Origin: Acidimicrobiales bacterium
GTDB lineage: Bacteria; Actinomycetota; Acidimicrobiia; Acidimicrobiales; AC-9
DNA: 64,000 bases
Assembly: GCA_051985455.1 (NCBI GenBank)
Contig: JBPYEI010000048.1
Span: forward strand, 19,340-83,339
Reading direction: 5' to 3'
Both the position numbers and the translations under genes were made by a program. The notes beneath the pieces are model-generated. The model made no database searches. It had not been told where the DNA came from and saw only the letters and a program-made list of their open reading frames with translations. Positions 44,000 through 52,654 of the stretch are shown here, piece after piece; position 1 is the stretch's first letter, and each line of letters starts with the position of its first letter.

Positions 44000-45148
44000 A
44001 TGAGCGCTGAAGGACGACTTCGGTGCTGGGGGCGGCAACGGCGGCGGCGATCGTCCTGGCTATTGCGGGCCATCGTGCTCCTCGCAGGTGTGGTCGCGGC
44101 GCGCGCCATTCGGTCTCGCCGGATCGCGGTCGAACGTCAGCAGGTCTCTCGACCCGATGACGGTGAGCTGCCCGAGGGGAGGGAAGAGGCCCTTCGCCGA
44201 CGGGCCCGGGCCGGACAGCCCGATGCCATGAGCGATCTCGGGGTCGTCCTCGCCGAGCGCGCCCAGCGGCGCGATGCCGAGCAGCTCTTCGAACAGGCGG
44301 CCCGCGTCGGGCACGCCGGAGCCATGTACAACCTCGGAGTCATCCTGGAGGCCAGGGATGCAGGCCAGGCGGAGGACTGGTACCGGCGGGCCGCCGGAGC
44401 CGGCGACGCGGACGCCATGTACAACCTGGCCGCCGGACTCCAGCAGCGCGGCAATCCGTTCGAGGCCGAGCGCTGGTACCGGCAGGCCGCCGCACATGAC
44501 CACACCCGAGCCATGAACAACCTCGGGGTGGTGCTGCAGCAGCGCGGCGAGGCGGGCGAGGCGCGCTCGTGGTTCCGGCGGGCGGCGGAGGCGGGCCAGG
44601 CCGACGCCATGGGCAGCCTGGGGTCGATGTTCGAGGTGCGGGGGCAGATCGGCCTGGCCGAGGAGTGGTACCGGCGCGGTGCACGAGCGAGCAGCGCCGG
44701 TGCAATGACCAATCTCGGTGTGCTGCTCGCGGGCCGGGGGCAGGTCGACGAGGCAGAGGACCTGTACCGGCGGGCGGCCGAGGCAGGGTTGCCGGAGGCC
44801 ATGAACAACCTGGGTGCGCTGGTCGAAGGGCGGGACGCCGCCGGCGCCGAGCAGTGGTACCGGCGGGCGGCCGGCACGGGGCAGCCGGCGGCGATGACGA
44901 ACCTCGCCGCGCTGCTCGCTAGGCGAGGCCAGGTCGAGGAGGCAGCGGCGTGGTACGAGAAGGCAGCCGGCGCCGGCGAGCCTCACGCCATCGACGCGCT
45001 GGCTGCGGCGGGGCGAACACAGGCGGCCCGCGCCAGGCTCGGGACCCACGGCCCGGCACGGGTAAGCGAGCGGGCGCTGGGCCCGACGGACCGGCTCCTC
45101 CGCTCGAGCTCGCCCGCCGCCCCCCAGTACCGCCGGTCGGGGGTCTGA
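44000..45148 (+). CDS. Membrane-anchored TPR/Sel1-like repeat protein
   Basis: N-terminal TM WLLRAIVLLAGVVAARAI, then about 8 tandem units of the form AMxNLGxxLxxRGxxxEAExWYRRAAEAGxxx. Confidence 0.85.
   Translation: MSAEGRLRCWGRQRRRRSSWLLRAIVLLAGVVAARAIRSRRIAVERQQVSRPDDGELPEGREEALRRRARAGQPDAMSDLGVVLAERAQRRDAEQLFEQAARVGHAGAMYNLGVILEARDAGQAEDWYRRAAGAGDADAMYNLAAGLQQRGNPFEAERWYRQAAAHDHTRAMNNLGVVLQQRGEAGEARSWFRRAAEAGQADAMGSLGSMFEVRGQIGLAEEWYRRGARASSAGAMTNLGVLLAGRGQVDEAEDLYRRAAEAGLPEAMNNLGALVEGRDAAGAEQWYRRAAGTGQPAAMTNLAALLARRGQVEEAAAWYEKAAGAGEPHAIDALAAAGRTQAARARLGTHGPARVSERALGPTDRLLRSSSPAAPQYRRSGV
44200..45010 (+). repeat. About 8 tandem coding repeats of ~93-96 nt (31-32 aa) inside the TPR/Sel1-like gene
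   Basis: Recurrence of ...GCCATGxACAACCTxGG...TGGTACCGGCGGGCGGCxG... at a regular period, mirrored in the protein as AMYNLG/AMNNLG/AMTNLG ... WYRRAA. Confidence 0.7.
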
Positions 45149-45197
45149 GCGTCGACCCGCCAATAGTCTGAGGGGCGCTGATCCAGCGACGACGGGG

Positions 45198-46745
45198 GTG
45201 GCCGTGAGCGACACAGCGACCGACGCGGGCGGGTTGTCCTTCACCAGCTCCATCGGGCGCTGGGTGCTCGTGGCGACCGTGCTGGGCTCGGGCGTCGCCT
45301 TCTTGGACGCGACCGTGGTCAACGTGGCCCTTCCCGCCATCGGCCGGGACTTCGGCGTGGGGCTCGCCGACCTGCAGTGGACGGTTACCGGCTACACCCT
45401 CACCCTGTCCGCCTTCCTGTTGTTGGGGGGCGCCCTGGGCGACCGCTACGGGCGACGGCGGGTGTTCGTGATCGGACTCGTCTGGTTCGCCGTGGCCTCG
45501 TTGGCGTGCGGGATCGCTCCGTCGGCCCCCTTGCTCATCGTGTTTCGGGCGGTGCAGGGGATCGGCGGCGCCCTGTTGACTCCGGGCAGCTTGGCCATCA
45601 TCGAGGCCAGCTTCCGGCCCGAGGACCGCGGGCGCGCCATCGGGGCGTGGTCCGGGCTCGGCGGCGTCTTCGGGGCGATCGGTCCGCTGTTGGGGGGCGT
45701 CCTGGTAACGACCGTGTCCTGGCGGCTGGTGTTCCTCATCAATCTCCCGCTGGCGGCCGTCGCCGTCTGGGTCGCACTGCGCCACGTCCCAGAGTCGCGC
45801 CAGGCGGGCGACCACGGTCGGCTCGACATCCAGGGGCCCGCCCTGGCCGTGCTCGGCCTGGGTGGTGTGACATACGCACTGATCGAGGGGCCGGCCCGGG
45901 GCTGGACGTCGGCCGCCACCATTGCGGTCATTGGAGCAGGCGGGGCCCTCCTCCTCGCCTTCTTGATCAACGAGAGCCGGGCCCGCGATCCCCTGCTGCC
46001 GCTGTCGATCTTTCGCTCGCGGATCTTCGCCGGGGCCAACGAGGCCACCTTCGCCATCTACGCCGCCCTGGGTGCGGTGACGTTCCTCGGCGTTCTCCAG
46101 CTCCAGCAGGTGCTGCACTATTCGCCCCTCGCCAGTGGCTTGGCGCTGCTGCCGCTCACGCTCGTCCTCCTGGCCCTGTCGTCGCGCTCCGGCAAGCTGG
46201 CGACCGCGATCGGGCCGAGGATCCCCATGACCGTCGGGCCGGTGGTCGCCGCCATCGGCATGGCGCTGTTCGCCCGGATCGTGGCCGGCGCCAGCTACGC
46301 CACGAGCGTGCTGCCCGCCGCCGTTGTCTTGGGCCTCGGGATGACGCTGACCATTCCGGCCCTCACCACGACCGCCCTCGGTTCCGTCGACTCCGATCGG
46401 GCGGGCATCGCCTCGGCCGTCAACAACGACGTCGCCCGGTTCGCGTCGCTGGCCGCGGTGGCGATCATCCCGGCGCTGGCCGGCATCAGCACCGCCGGCG
46501 CGTCGGTCAATGCCGCCACGTTCTCGTCGGGGTACCAGGTGGCGATGTTCATCTGCGCCGGGCTGTGCGGCTCCGCCGGGCTGATCTCCTTCGTGACCAT
46601 CCGTCAGCCGCGGCGGGCCTGTGCGCCATCGCACGGCTTCAGCTGCCTGTTGACGGGACCGCCCCCCGAGGACCCGGGATGGAAGCCGCGGCCGGTGAAG
46701 CTCGCCGCCTCGGGAGGCGCGGGAAGCGACGATGCGAGCGCGTGA
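45198..46745 (+). CDS. MFS transporter, DHA2 (EmrB/QacA, 14-TM) family
   Basis: Motifs LDATVVNVALPAI and GALGDRYGRRRVF (motif A), with about 14 hydrophobic helices. Confidence 0.9.
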   Translation: MAVSDTATDAGGLSFTSSIGRWVLVATVLGSGVAFLDATVVNVALPAIGRDFGVGLADLQWTVTGYTLTLSAFLLLGGALGDRYGRRRVFVIGLVWFAVASLACGIAPSAPLLIVFRAVQGIGGALLTPGSLAIIEASFRPEDRGRAIGAWSGLGGVFGAIGPLLGGVLVTTVSWRLVFLINLPLAAVAVWVALRHVPESRQAGDHGRLDIQGPALAVLGLGGVTYALIEGPARGWTSAATIAVIGAGGALLLAFLINESRARDPLLPLSIFRSRIFAGANEATFAIYAALGAVTFLGVLQLQQVLHYSPLASGLALLPLTLVLLALSSRSGKLATAIGPRIPMTVGPVVAAIGMALFARIVAGASYATSVLPAAVVLGLGMTLTIPALTTTALGSVDSDRAGIASAVNNDVARFASLAAVAIIPALAGISTAGASVNAATFSSGYQVAMFICAGLCGSAGLISFVTIRQPRRACAPSHGFSCLLTGPPPEDPGWKPRPVKLAASGGAGSDDASA

Positions 46746-46965
46746 CGTCGATCAGCTCGCCGCCAAGCTGGGACGGCCGCCGGCCACCCTCTCGGCGTTG
46801 CGCCACCTGACGCCGGAGCAGGTCGGCCTACTGAGCGACGCCATCGACGAGGCCGTTGCGGGGCGCCGGCGCGTCCTGGACGATGCGTTCTCGGCCGCGC
46901 TTCCCTCGCTCCCCCGTCGGATGCTGCTCGGCCTCCTGCGGTTCGGCGCGGGCGAGACGCCATGA
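46732..46965 (+). CDS. Hypothetical protein (77 aa), paralogous to the N-terminus of the next gene
   Basis: High GC3. It overlaps the MFS 3' end by 14 nt and the next gene by ATGA. QLAAKLGRPPATLSALRHLTPEQVGLLSDAIDE aligns with LDKLGWTLGRDPEALAFLDDVPAEQLRSLRAAVYE of the 395-aa protein. Confidence 0.6.
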   Translation: MRARDVDQLAAKLGRPPATLSALRHLTPEQVGLLSDAIDEAVAGRRRVLDDAFSAALPSLPRRMLLGLLRFGAGETP

Positions 46966-48149
46966 GCAAGCTCGCCATCCGGTCGGAGCTGGACAAGCTC
47001 GGTTGGACGCTCGGCCGCGACCCCGAGGCGCTGGCGTTCCTGGACGATGTCCCCGCCGAGCAGCTGCGCTCCCTGCGCGCCGCAGTCTACGAGCTGCTCT
47101 ACCGAGAGGATCGCGTGCTCTTCGGGCGCATGGCGGCGGCGGCGAGGCGCTTGCCGATCGCAGTCGTGCTCGAGATCGCCCAGCGCTTCGGCCCCCTGCT
47201 GACGGCCCGAGTGGCGACGGAGATGCCCGCGGCGCGTGGCGCCGAGGTTGCCAGCCGGATGTCGACCGGATTCGCAGCCGACGTCTGCGTCGATCTCGAC
47301 CCGCGGCGGACTCGCGACCTGATCACCGACCTGCCGACGAGCTGGACGGTCGAGGTCGCCCTGGAGCTCGCCCGTCGCGGCGACTTCGCAACCATGAGCC
47401 GGTTCGTGGACTTCGTCTCCGACGATGCCGTTCGGGGCGTGGTGGATGCGATCGAGGACGAGGCGGCTCTGCTTCGTGTGGCGTTCTACATGGGCTCCAA
47501 GAACCGCATGGACCATTTCTTCCACATGCTTCCTCCAAAGCGTCTCGAAGGCCTTGTCCTGCGGGTGCAAGACGAGCCCGACGAGCTCCTGCCCGCCTTG
47601 CTGTCGGTGCTGATCCACGTGAGCTACGGCCTCAAGCGGGAGCTGGGCGACATCGCCGCCGCCCAGGACGAGTCGGTGCTGACCGGCTACGTGCGGGCGA
47701 CGCAACGGCAGGACCTGTGGCCCGACATCCTGCCCGTGGTGGCCGCCATGTCCGAGCCGTGCCGGCGCACGGTCGTGAACCTGCCGATCCTGAGCGAGCC
47801 GGCGGTGCAGGAGAAGATCGTGGCCGCCGCCGACGACCACCTGCTGTGGACAGTCGTCCTGCCTCTCGTCGAGATGATGAACGGGGCGACTCGCGCCACC
47901 CTGGCGAGCATCATGGCGGCCAGCGGAGACGCCACGCTGCAGGGTGCCGCCGACGCCGCGCTGATGACAGAGCAGTGGGACACGCTGCTCGACCTGGTCG
48001 CGGTCATGCCGGCCGCCAAGCAGGACGAGCTGGGTGCGATCGTCCGTTCCTACGGCGAGGTGGAGCCCGCTCTCCTTCACCGGGTCGCTCAGGGCGCAAA
48101 CGAAAGAGGTTTCGGCGACCGCTTCGAAGTCCCGGACGTAATCGCCTAG
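46962..48149 (+). CDS. Hypothetical all-helical protein (395 aa)
   Basis: Long ORF with normal composition and high GC3. It has a repetitive helical character (possibly HEAT-like or MgtE-N-like, not established). No family recognised with confidence. Confidence 0.7.
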   Translation: MSKLAIRSELDKLGWTLGRDPEALAFLDDVPAEQLRSLRAAVYELLYREDRVLFGRMAAAARRLPIAVVLEIAQRFGPLLTARVATEMPAARGAEVASRMSTGFAADVCVDLDPRRTRDLITDLPTSWTVEVALELARRGDFATMSRFVDFVSDDAVRGVVDAIEDEAALLRVAFYMGSKNRMDHFFHMLPPKRLEGLVLRVQDEPDELLPALLSVLIHVSYGLKRELGDIAAAQDESVLTGYVRATQRQDLWPDILPVVAAMSEPCRRTVVNLPILSEPAVQEKIVAAADDHLLWTVVLPLVEMMNGATRATLASIMAASGDATLQGAADAALMTEQWDTLLDLVAVMPAAKQDELGAIVRSYGEVEPALLHRVAQGANERGFGDRFEVPDVIA

Positions 48150-48169
48150 GCCGGCACGGGAGGCCGGCC
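48149..48169. terminator. GC-rich hairpin between convergent genes (possible bidirectional, U-tract-less terminator)
   Basis: GGCCGGC-acgggag-GCCGGCC forms a 7-bp stem with a 7-nt loop, exactly between the stops at 48149 (+) and 48198 (-). There is no flanking T-run. Confidence 0.3.
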
Positions 48170-48197
48170 CCGACGAATGGACGCCGGCGCGTAGCGC

Positions 48198-49997
48198 CTA
48201 GGCCGGGAGGGTGTGGCGCACCGGAGACAGCCGCTCCATCGCGTGCTCGTAGCCCAGCTCGACGAGCTGGTCCAGGCGCTTCCAGTCGAAGAGGCCGAAC
48301 TGCTGCGAGGGCATGCGGACGTAGACGTCCGCGCGCTCGGCGGCCACGTCGACCGTGGTGGCACTGCTCAGCATCGCGCTGCGCACGAGGATCTCCGGGA
48401 GGCGCGGGGGCGAGCTCGTGCTGCCGTGGCGCAGCAGCGCCTCCGGGTCGGGCCGACCCAGGCCTGACCCGGGCGCCCGCAGGTAGCCGTCGGTACTCAC
48501 GTTGCAGGCGATGATGGCGCCCCGCTCCAACCGCTGCATATCGCCGGTAGGCAGGTTGTCGAGCACCCCACCGTCGCACAGCAGCTCACCCTCGTACGCG
48601 ATGGGCGGCGCGATCCCGGGGACCGCCATGCTCGTGCCCACCCACAACGCCAGGGGGCCGTGGTCGTGAACGACGGGCGCCCCGGTCGTCAGGTTGGTGG
48701 AGACACAGAAGAAGGTACGGCGCAGCTCCTCGATCTGCTGGTCCCCGAAGATGTCGGCCAGACGGGCAGCGAACTTTCGCCCTCGGATGAGCGACACCCG
48801 CGGCAGCGCGTAATCGTTCAGAAAGTTGTTGTTGACGAAGGTCTCCCGCGCCACGTGGGTCATCTCGACGCTGTCCAGGCCGAGGGCGAGGAGGGCCGAC
48901 ACGAAGGCACCCATGCTCGTTCCACCGGCCACGTCGATGGGCACTCGCAGCTCCTCGAGAGCCCGGATGAGCCCGATGTGGGCGAAGCCGCGGGCCCCAC
49001 CGCCTCCCAGCACCACGCCGACGCCGTGCCCGGCAACCTGGCGCGCCAGTGACGTCAGCTCCCCCTCGTCCCAGGGGTGGACGAAATAGCGGGCGCGCGC
49101 GCCCGTCACATCCGTCCACGCCCGCGTGTACGGCGAAGAGTCGCCTTCGGGCCGGAGGAACACCAGCTCCACCGGCGCCAGCAGCCCCAGCGAGCGAAGC
49201 TCCTGGAGGATCCGTACCGGTCTGGGCCGGGCGCTGGCCTCGGTCAGCACGAGCACACGATCGGCGTTGTGCAGGCAGCGAAGCGCCCAGGTGTCGCGGT
49301 CGCTGTCCGCCGCGTAGACCACGTAGCGATGCCGACCCTCGAGCTCGTTCATCCAGCCCGCCAGCCTGGTGCTGCCCTCGCCGTCCGAGAGCGAGACCTG
49401 TGATGCGCCGGAGCCGAGCGTGGCGTCGGCGTGCGCAGCGGTGATGAGGCGGGCGTCGGGCCATCCGGAGAGCCCCCGGACGAGCGCCTCGGCCAGCGCC
49501 GTGACGGGGAGGTGCGGTGAAGCGGGGATCACCGCCAGCGTCCCGTGGACCTCCGTGGCGCCTTGCACGCGGGCCCGGCCCTGTTCCCGCAGCCGGACGA
49601 CCATCAGACGGGTCAGCGCGCGCTGTACCACCGGGTGGTGGTCGAGGAAGTGAAGGAAGTCCGTCTTCTCGAAGCGGAGGAGGATGCTGTCGCGCACGGC
49701 GCGGATGGTCGAGGTCCTGGGCTCGCCCATCTGCACGCCGACCTCGCCGACAGGCTCCAGGCGACCGGCGTACCCGAGCAGCTCGCCGTCGGCGGTCTCC
49801 TGCAGTCGTCCCCGGACGACGACGTAGCAGTGGGTGGACGGATCGCCTTGTTTGTACAGGCGGGCGCCGCTACGGAGATCCTGTCTCTCAGCCAGCGCCG
49901 AGAGAGCGTCGAGCTCTTCCTTCTCCAGACCCGAGAACAGCGGCACCTCGGCCAGAACCGACCTGAGATCCACCAGCGACGGCAACGACGCCTTCAC
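48198..49997 (-). CDS. Cyclic-nucleotide-binding-domain patatin-like phospholipase (NTE-like)
   Basis: N-terminal cNMP-binding fold (FSGLEKEELDAL...YKQGDPSTHCYVVVRGRL). Patatin motifs GGGGARGFAHIG, GTSMGA and CDGGVLDNLP. GTG 49997 lies 9 nt after the alaS stop. Confidence 0.9.
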   Translation of the reverse strand: MKASLPSLVDLRSVLAEVPLFSGLEKEELDALSALAERQDLRSGARLYKQGDPSTHCYVVVRGRLQETADGELLGYAGRLEPVGEVGVQMGEPRTSTIRAVRDSILLRFEKTDFLHFLDHHPVVQRALTRLMVVRLREQGRARVQGATEVHGTLAVIPASPHLPVTALAEALVRGLSGWPDARLITAAHADATLGSGASQVSLSDGEGSTRLAGWMNELEGRHRYVVYAADSDRDTWALRCLHNADRVLVLTEASARPRPVRILQELRSLGLLAPVELVFLRPEGDSSPYTRAWTDVTGARARYFVHPWDEGELTSLARQVAGHGVGVVLGGGGARGFAHIGLIRALEELRVPIDVAGGTSMGAFVSALLALGLDSVEMTHVARETFVNNNFLNDYALPRVSLIRGRKFAARLADIFGDQQIEELRRTFFCVSTNLTTGAPVVHDHGPLALWVGTSMAVPGIAPPIAYEGELLCDGGVLDNLPTGDMQRLERGAIIACNVSTDGYLRAPGSGLGRPDPEALLRHGSTSSPPRLPEILVRSAMLSSATTVDVAAERADVYVRMPSQQFGLFDWKRLDQLVELGYEHAMERLSPVRHTLPA

Positions 49998-50006
49998 CCA
50001 CCAGCC

Positions 50007-52595
50007 TCATGTCAGCTCGAGGGTGGTGCGCACCAGGTCGAGGGCCTCGTCGATGCGCGCCGGGTCCCTGCCCCCGGCCAGGGCCACCTCGGGGCCCCTG
50101 CCCCCGCCCCCGCCCACCACCTTGGCCGCTCCGGCCAGCAGCTCGGCCGCCACCAGCCCGGCGTCGGGGGCCACGGCGGCGGCCAGCGCCACCCGCTTGC
50201 TGTCGGGCGAGCCGGCGAGGACGACAGCCCGGACGCCGTCCCTGTCCCGGGTGGCCAGGGCCAGCTCCCGCAGCTGGTCGGGGCCGAGGCCGTCCCGGCG
50301 GGCCACCACCAGGCCGTCCCGGGCGGCGCCGGCCAGGGCGGCGGCCTCGGTGCGCAGCCCGGCCGAGCGCAGGGCCTTGAGCTCGTCGCGGCTGGCGGCG
50401 GCCGAGGCCTGGAGGCGCTCGAGCGCCCCGGTCAGCTCGCCCGGAGTGGTCTGCAGGACCCCCGCCGCCTGGTCCAGGGTGTGCTCCTGGTCCCTGATGT
50501 AGCCGAGGGCCCCGGTGCCGGTGAGGGCCTCCAGGCGCCGGGTGCCCGAGCCGATGGAGGCCTCCGAGACGATCTGGATGGGCCCGATCATGCCCAGGGC
50601 GTCCACGTGCGTGCCCCCGCACAGCTCGACCGAGCCGTCGCCGGCCGACACCACCCGGACCTGGTCGCCGTACTTCTCGCCGAAGAAGGCGATGGCCCCC
50701 ATGTCCTGTGCCTCGGCCCAGCTGGTTTCGGTCACCACCACCGCCTCGTCGGCCAGGACCTGGGCGTTGACGAGGTCCTCCACGGCCTCCGACTGCTCAC
50801 GGGTCAGGGGAGCATGATGGCTGAAGTCGAAGCGCAGGCGGTCGGGAGCGACCAGCGAGCCCTGCTGTTTGACGTGGGGGCCGAGGACCTCCCGCAGGGC
50901 CCAGTGCAGCAGGTGGGTGCCGGTGTGGTTGCGCCTGATGGCCGCCCGGCGGGCGGCGTCGATGGCGGCGTCGGCGGCCTGGTCCGGGCTGATGGTGCCC
51001 TCGGTGAGGGTGGCGTGGTGCACGATCAGCCCCGGCAGGCCGTAGGTGGTATCGGTCACCTCGGCCATCCCGGTCTCCGTGGTGATCGTGCCGGTGTCGC
51101 CCACCTGACCCCCCGCCTCGGCGTAGAAGGGGGTGCGGTCCAGGACGATCTCCACCCCGTCGCCGGTCGAGGACTCGAGCACGCCCAGGACGGTGGCGGC
51201 CGAGCGGGCCTCGCCGTAGCCGGTGAAGGCGGTGGGCCCATGCGCCTCGAGCAGGTCCTTGTAGGCGGCGGTGTCGGCCCCCGCCCCCGCCCCCTTCGCC
51301 GCCTGGCGGGCCCGGGCCCGCTGGTCGGCCATGGCCGCCTCGAAGCCGGCGCGGTCCACCTCCACCCCCGCCTCGGCGGCGATCTCTGCGGTGAGCTCGA
51401 TGGGAAAGCCGTAGGTGTCGTGGAGACGGAAGGCCACCGGTCCGGCCAGGGTCCCGCCCGACACCTTGGCCAGCTCCTCCGCCAGCAGACCCTGGCCGGC
51501 GCGCAGGGTGCGCCCGAAGCGCTCCTCTTCTGCCGCCACCACGGCGGCGATGGTCTCGGCGTTGGTCGCCAGCTCGGGGTAGGCGGGGGCCATGGTGGCC
51601 ACCACCGCTTCCACCAGGGCCGGCCCCACCGCCTTGGTGGCCCCCAGCTGGGCCGCCCAGCGCAGGGCCCGGCGGATGATGCGCCGCAGCACGTAGCCCC
51701 GGGCTTCGTTGGCCGGTAGCACCCCGTCGGAGACGAGGAAGACCATGGCCCGGGCGTGGTCGGCCATGATGCGCAGGCCCACGTCGCCGCGCTCGTCGGC
51801 GCCGTAGGTCATGCCGGTGACGGCCTCGGCGGTGGCCACCACGGGGCGCAACACGTCGGTGTCGAACACCGAGTCGGCCCCGGTGAGCACGGGCAGGAGC
51901 CGCTCCAGCCCCGCCCCGGTGTCGATGTTCTTGGTTGGCAGCTCGCTCACGGTGCCGTCGGGGGCTCGGTTGTACTGCATGAAGACCAGGTTCCATAGCT
52001 CGACGTAGCGCTCGTCGGATCCCGCCGCCGGTCCTCCGCCAGCCCCGTACTTCTCGCCTTTGTCGAAGAAGATCTCCGAGTCGGTGCCGAACGGGCCCAC
52101 GTCGCCCATGGCCCACAGGTTGTCCTCGCCCATGGCCTGGACCCGGCCCGGAGGCACGCCCACCTTGTCCACCCAGATTCGCTCGGCGTCGGCGTCGGAC
52201 TCGTGCACGGTGACCCACAGCCGGTCCCCATCCAGCCCCAAGACCTCGGTGAGCAGCTCCCAGGCCATGGTGATGGCCTCGGGCTTGAAGTAGTCGCCCA
52301 GGCTGAAGTTGCCCAGCATCTCGAAGAAGGTGAGGTGGCGCGTGTCTCGGCCCACCACGTCGATGTCGTCGTGCTTGCCCCGCACCCGCACGCAGCGCTG
52401 CACCGAGGTGAGCCGAGGGTAGGGGGGTACCTGCTCGCCCAGGTAGAAGGGCTTGAGAGGCACCATGCCGGCCACGGTGAACATCACCGTCGGGTCGTTT
52501 GCCACCAGCGGGGCCGAGGGCAGGTAGTGATGGCCCCGCTCGACGAAGTAGTCCACGAAGGCCCGACGCAGCTGATTGGCGTTCGTGACGGTCAT
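50007..52595 (-). CDS. alaS: Alanine--tRNA ligase
   Basis: 862 aa: MTVTNANQLRRAFVDYFVERGHHYLPSAPLV..., a class II core, the editing-domain motif HTGTHLLH, and a C-terminal C-Ala domain. Confidence 0.97.
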   Translation of the reverse strand: MTVTNANQLRRAFVDYFVERGHHYLPSAPLVANDPTVMFTVAGMVPLKPFYLGEQVPPYPRLTSVQRCVRVRGKHDDIDVVGRDTRHLTFFEMLGNFSLGDYFKPEAITMAWELLTEVLGLDGDRLWVTVHESDADAERIWVDKVGVPPGRVQAMGEDNLWAMGDVGPFGTDSEIFFDKGEKYGAGGGPAAGSDERYVELWNLVFMQYNRAPDGTVSELPTKNIDTGAGLERLLPVLTGADSVFDTDVLRPVVATAEAVTGMTYGADERGDVGLRIMADHARAMVFLVSDGVLPANEARGYVLRRIIRRALRWAAQLGATKAVGPALVEAVVATMAPAYPELATNAETIAAVVAAEEERFGRTLRAGQGLLAEELAKVSGGTLAGPVAFRLHDTYGFPIELTAEIAAEAGVEVDRAGFEAAMADQRARARQAAKGAGAGADTAAYKDLLEAHGPTAFTGYGEARSAATVLGVLESSTGDGVEIVLDRTPFYAEAGGQVGDTGTITTETGMAEVTDTTYGLPGLIVHHATLTEGTISPDQAADAAIDAARRAAIRRNHTGTHLLHWALREVLGPHVKQQGSLVAPDRLRFDFSHHAPLTREQSEAVEDLVNAQVLADEAVVVTETSWAEAQDMGAIAFFGEKYGDQVRVVSAGDGSVELCGGTHVDALGMIGPIQIVSEASIGSGTRRLEALTGTGALGYIRDQEHTLDQAAGVLQTTPGELTGALERLQASAAASRDELKALRSAGLRTEAAALAGAARDGLVVARRDGLGPDQLRELALATRDRDGVRAVVLAGSPDSKRVALAAAVAPDAGLVAAELLAGAAKVVGGGGGRGPEVALAGGRDPARIDEALDLVRTTLELT

Positions 52596-52654
52596 CTGAC
52601 CAGCAGCCGATTCAGGTTGCCCTCGCAGTACTGAGAATGGAACATGGAATGTAG

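Noticed and set aside
44060-46634. Minus-strand ORFs of 426 and 571 aa
   Set aside because: They are antisense to the TPR/Sel1-like and MFS genes and have no domain signatures.
48198-49997. The patatin phospholipase as a CBASS CapV-type defence effector
   Set aside because: No CD-NTase or cyclase, no other CBASS accessory gene and no other defence-island feature is present in the surrounding genes. The regulatory domain is a fused CAP-type cNMP-binding fold, as in housekeeping NTE-like lipases.
49545-51719. 724-aa plus-strand ORF, plus many 100-470-aa ORFs on both strands across alaS
   Set aside because: They are antisense or out of frame relative to alaS, which is unambiguous, and their composition is dominated by G/R/P/A.
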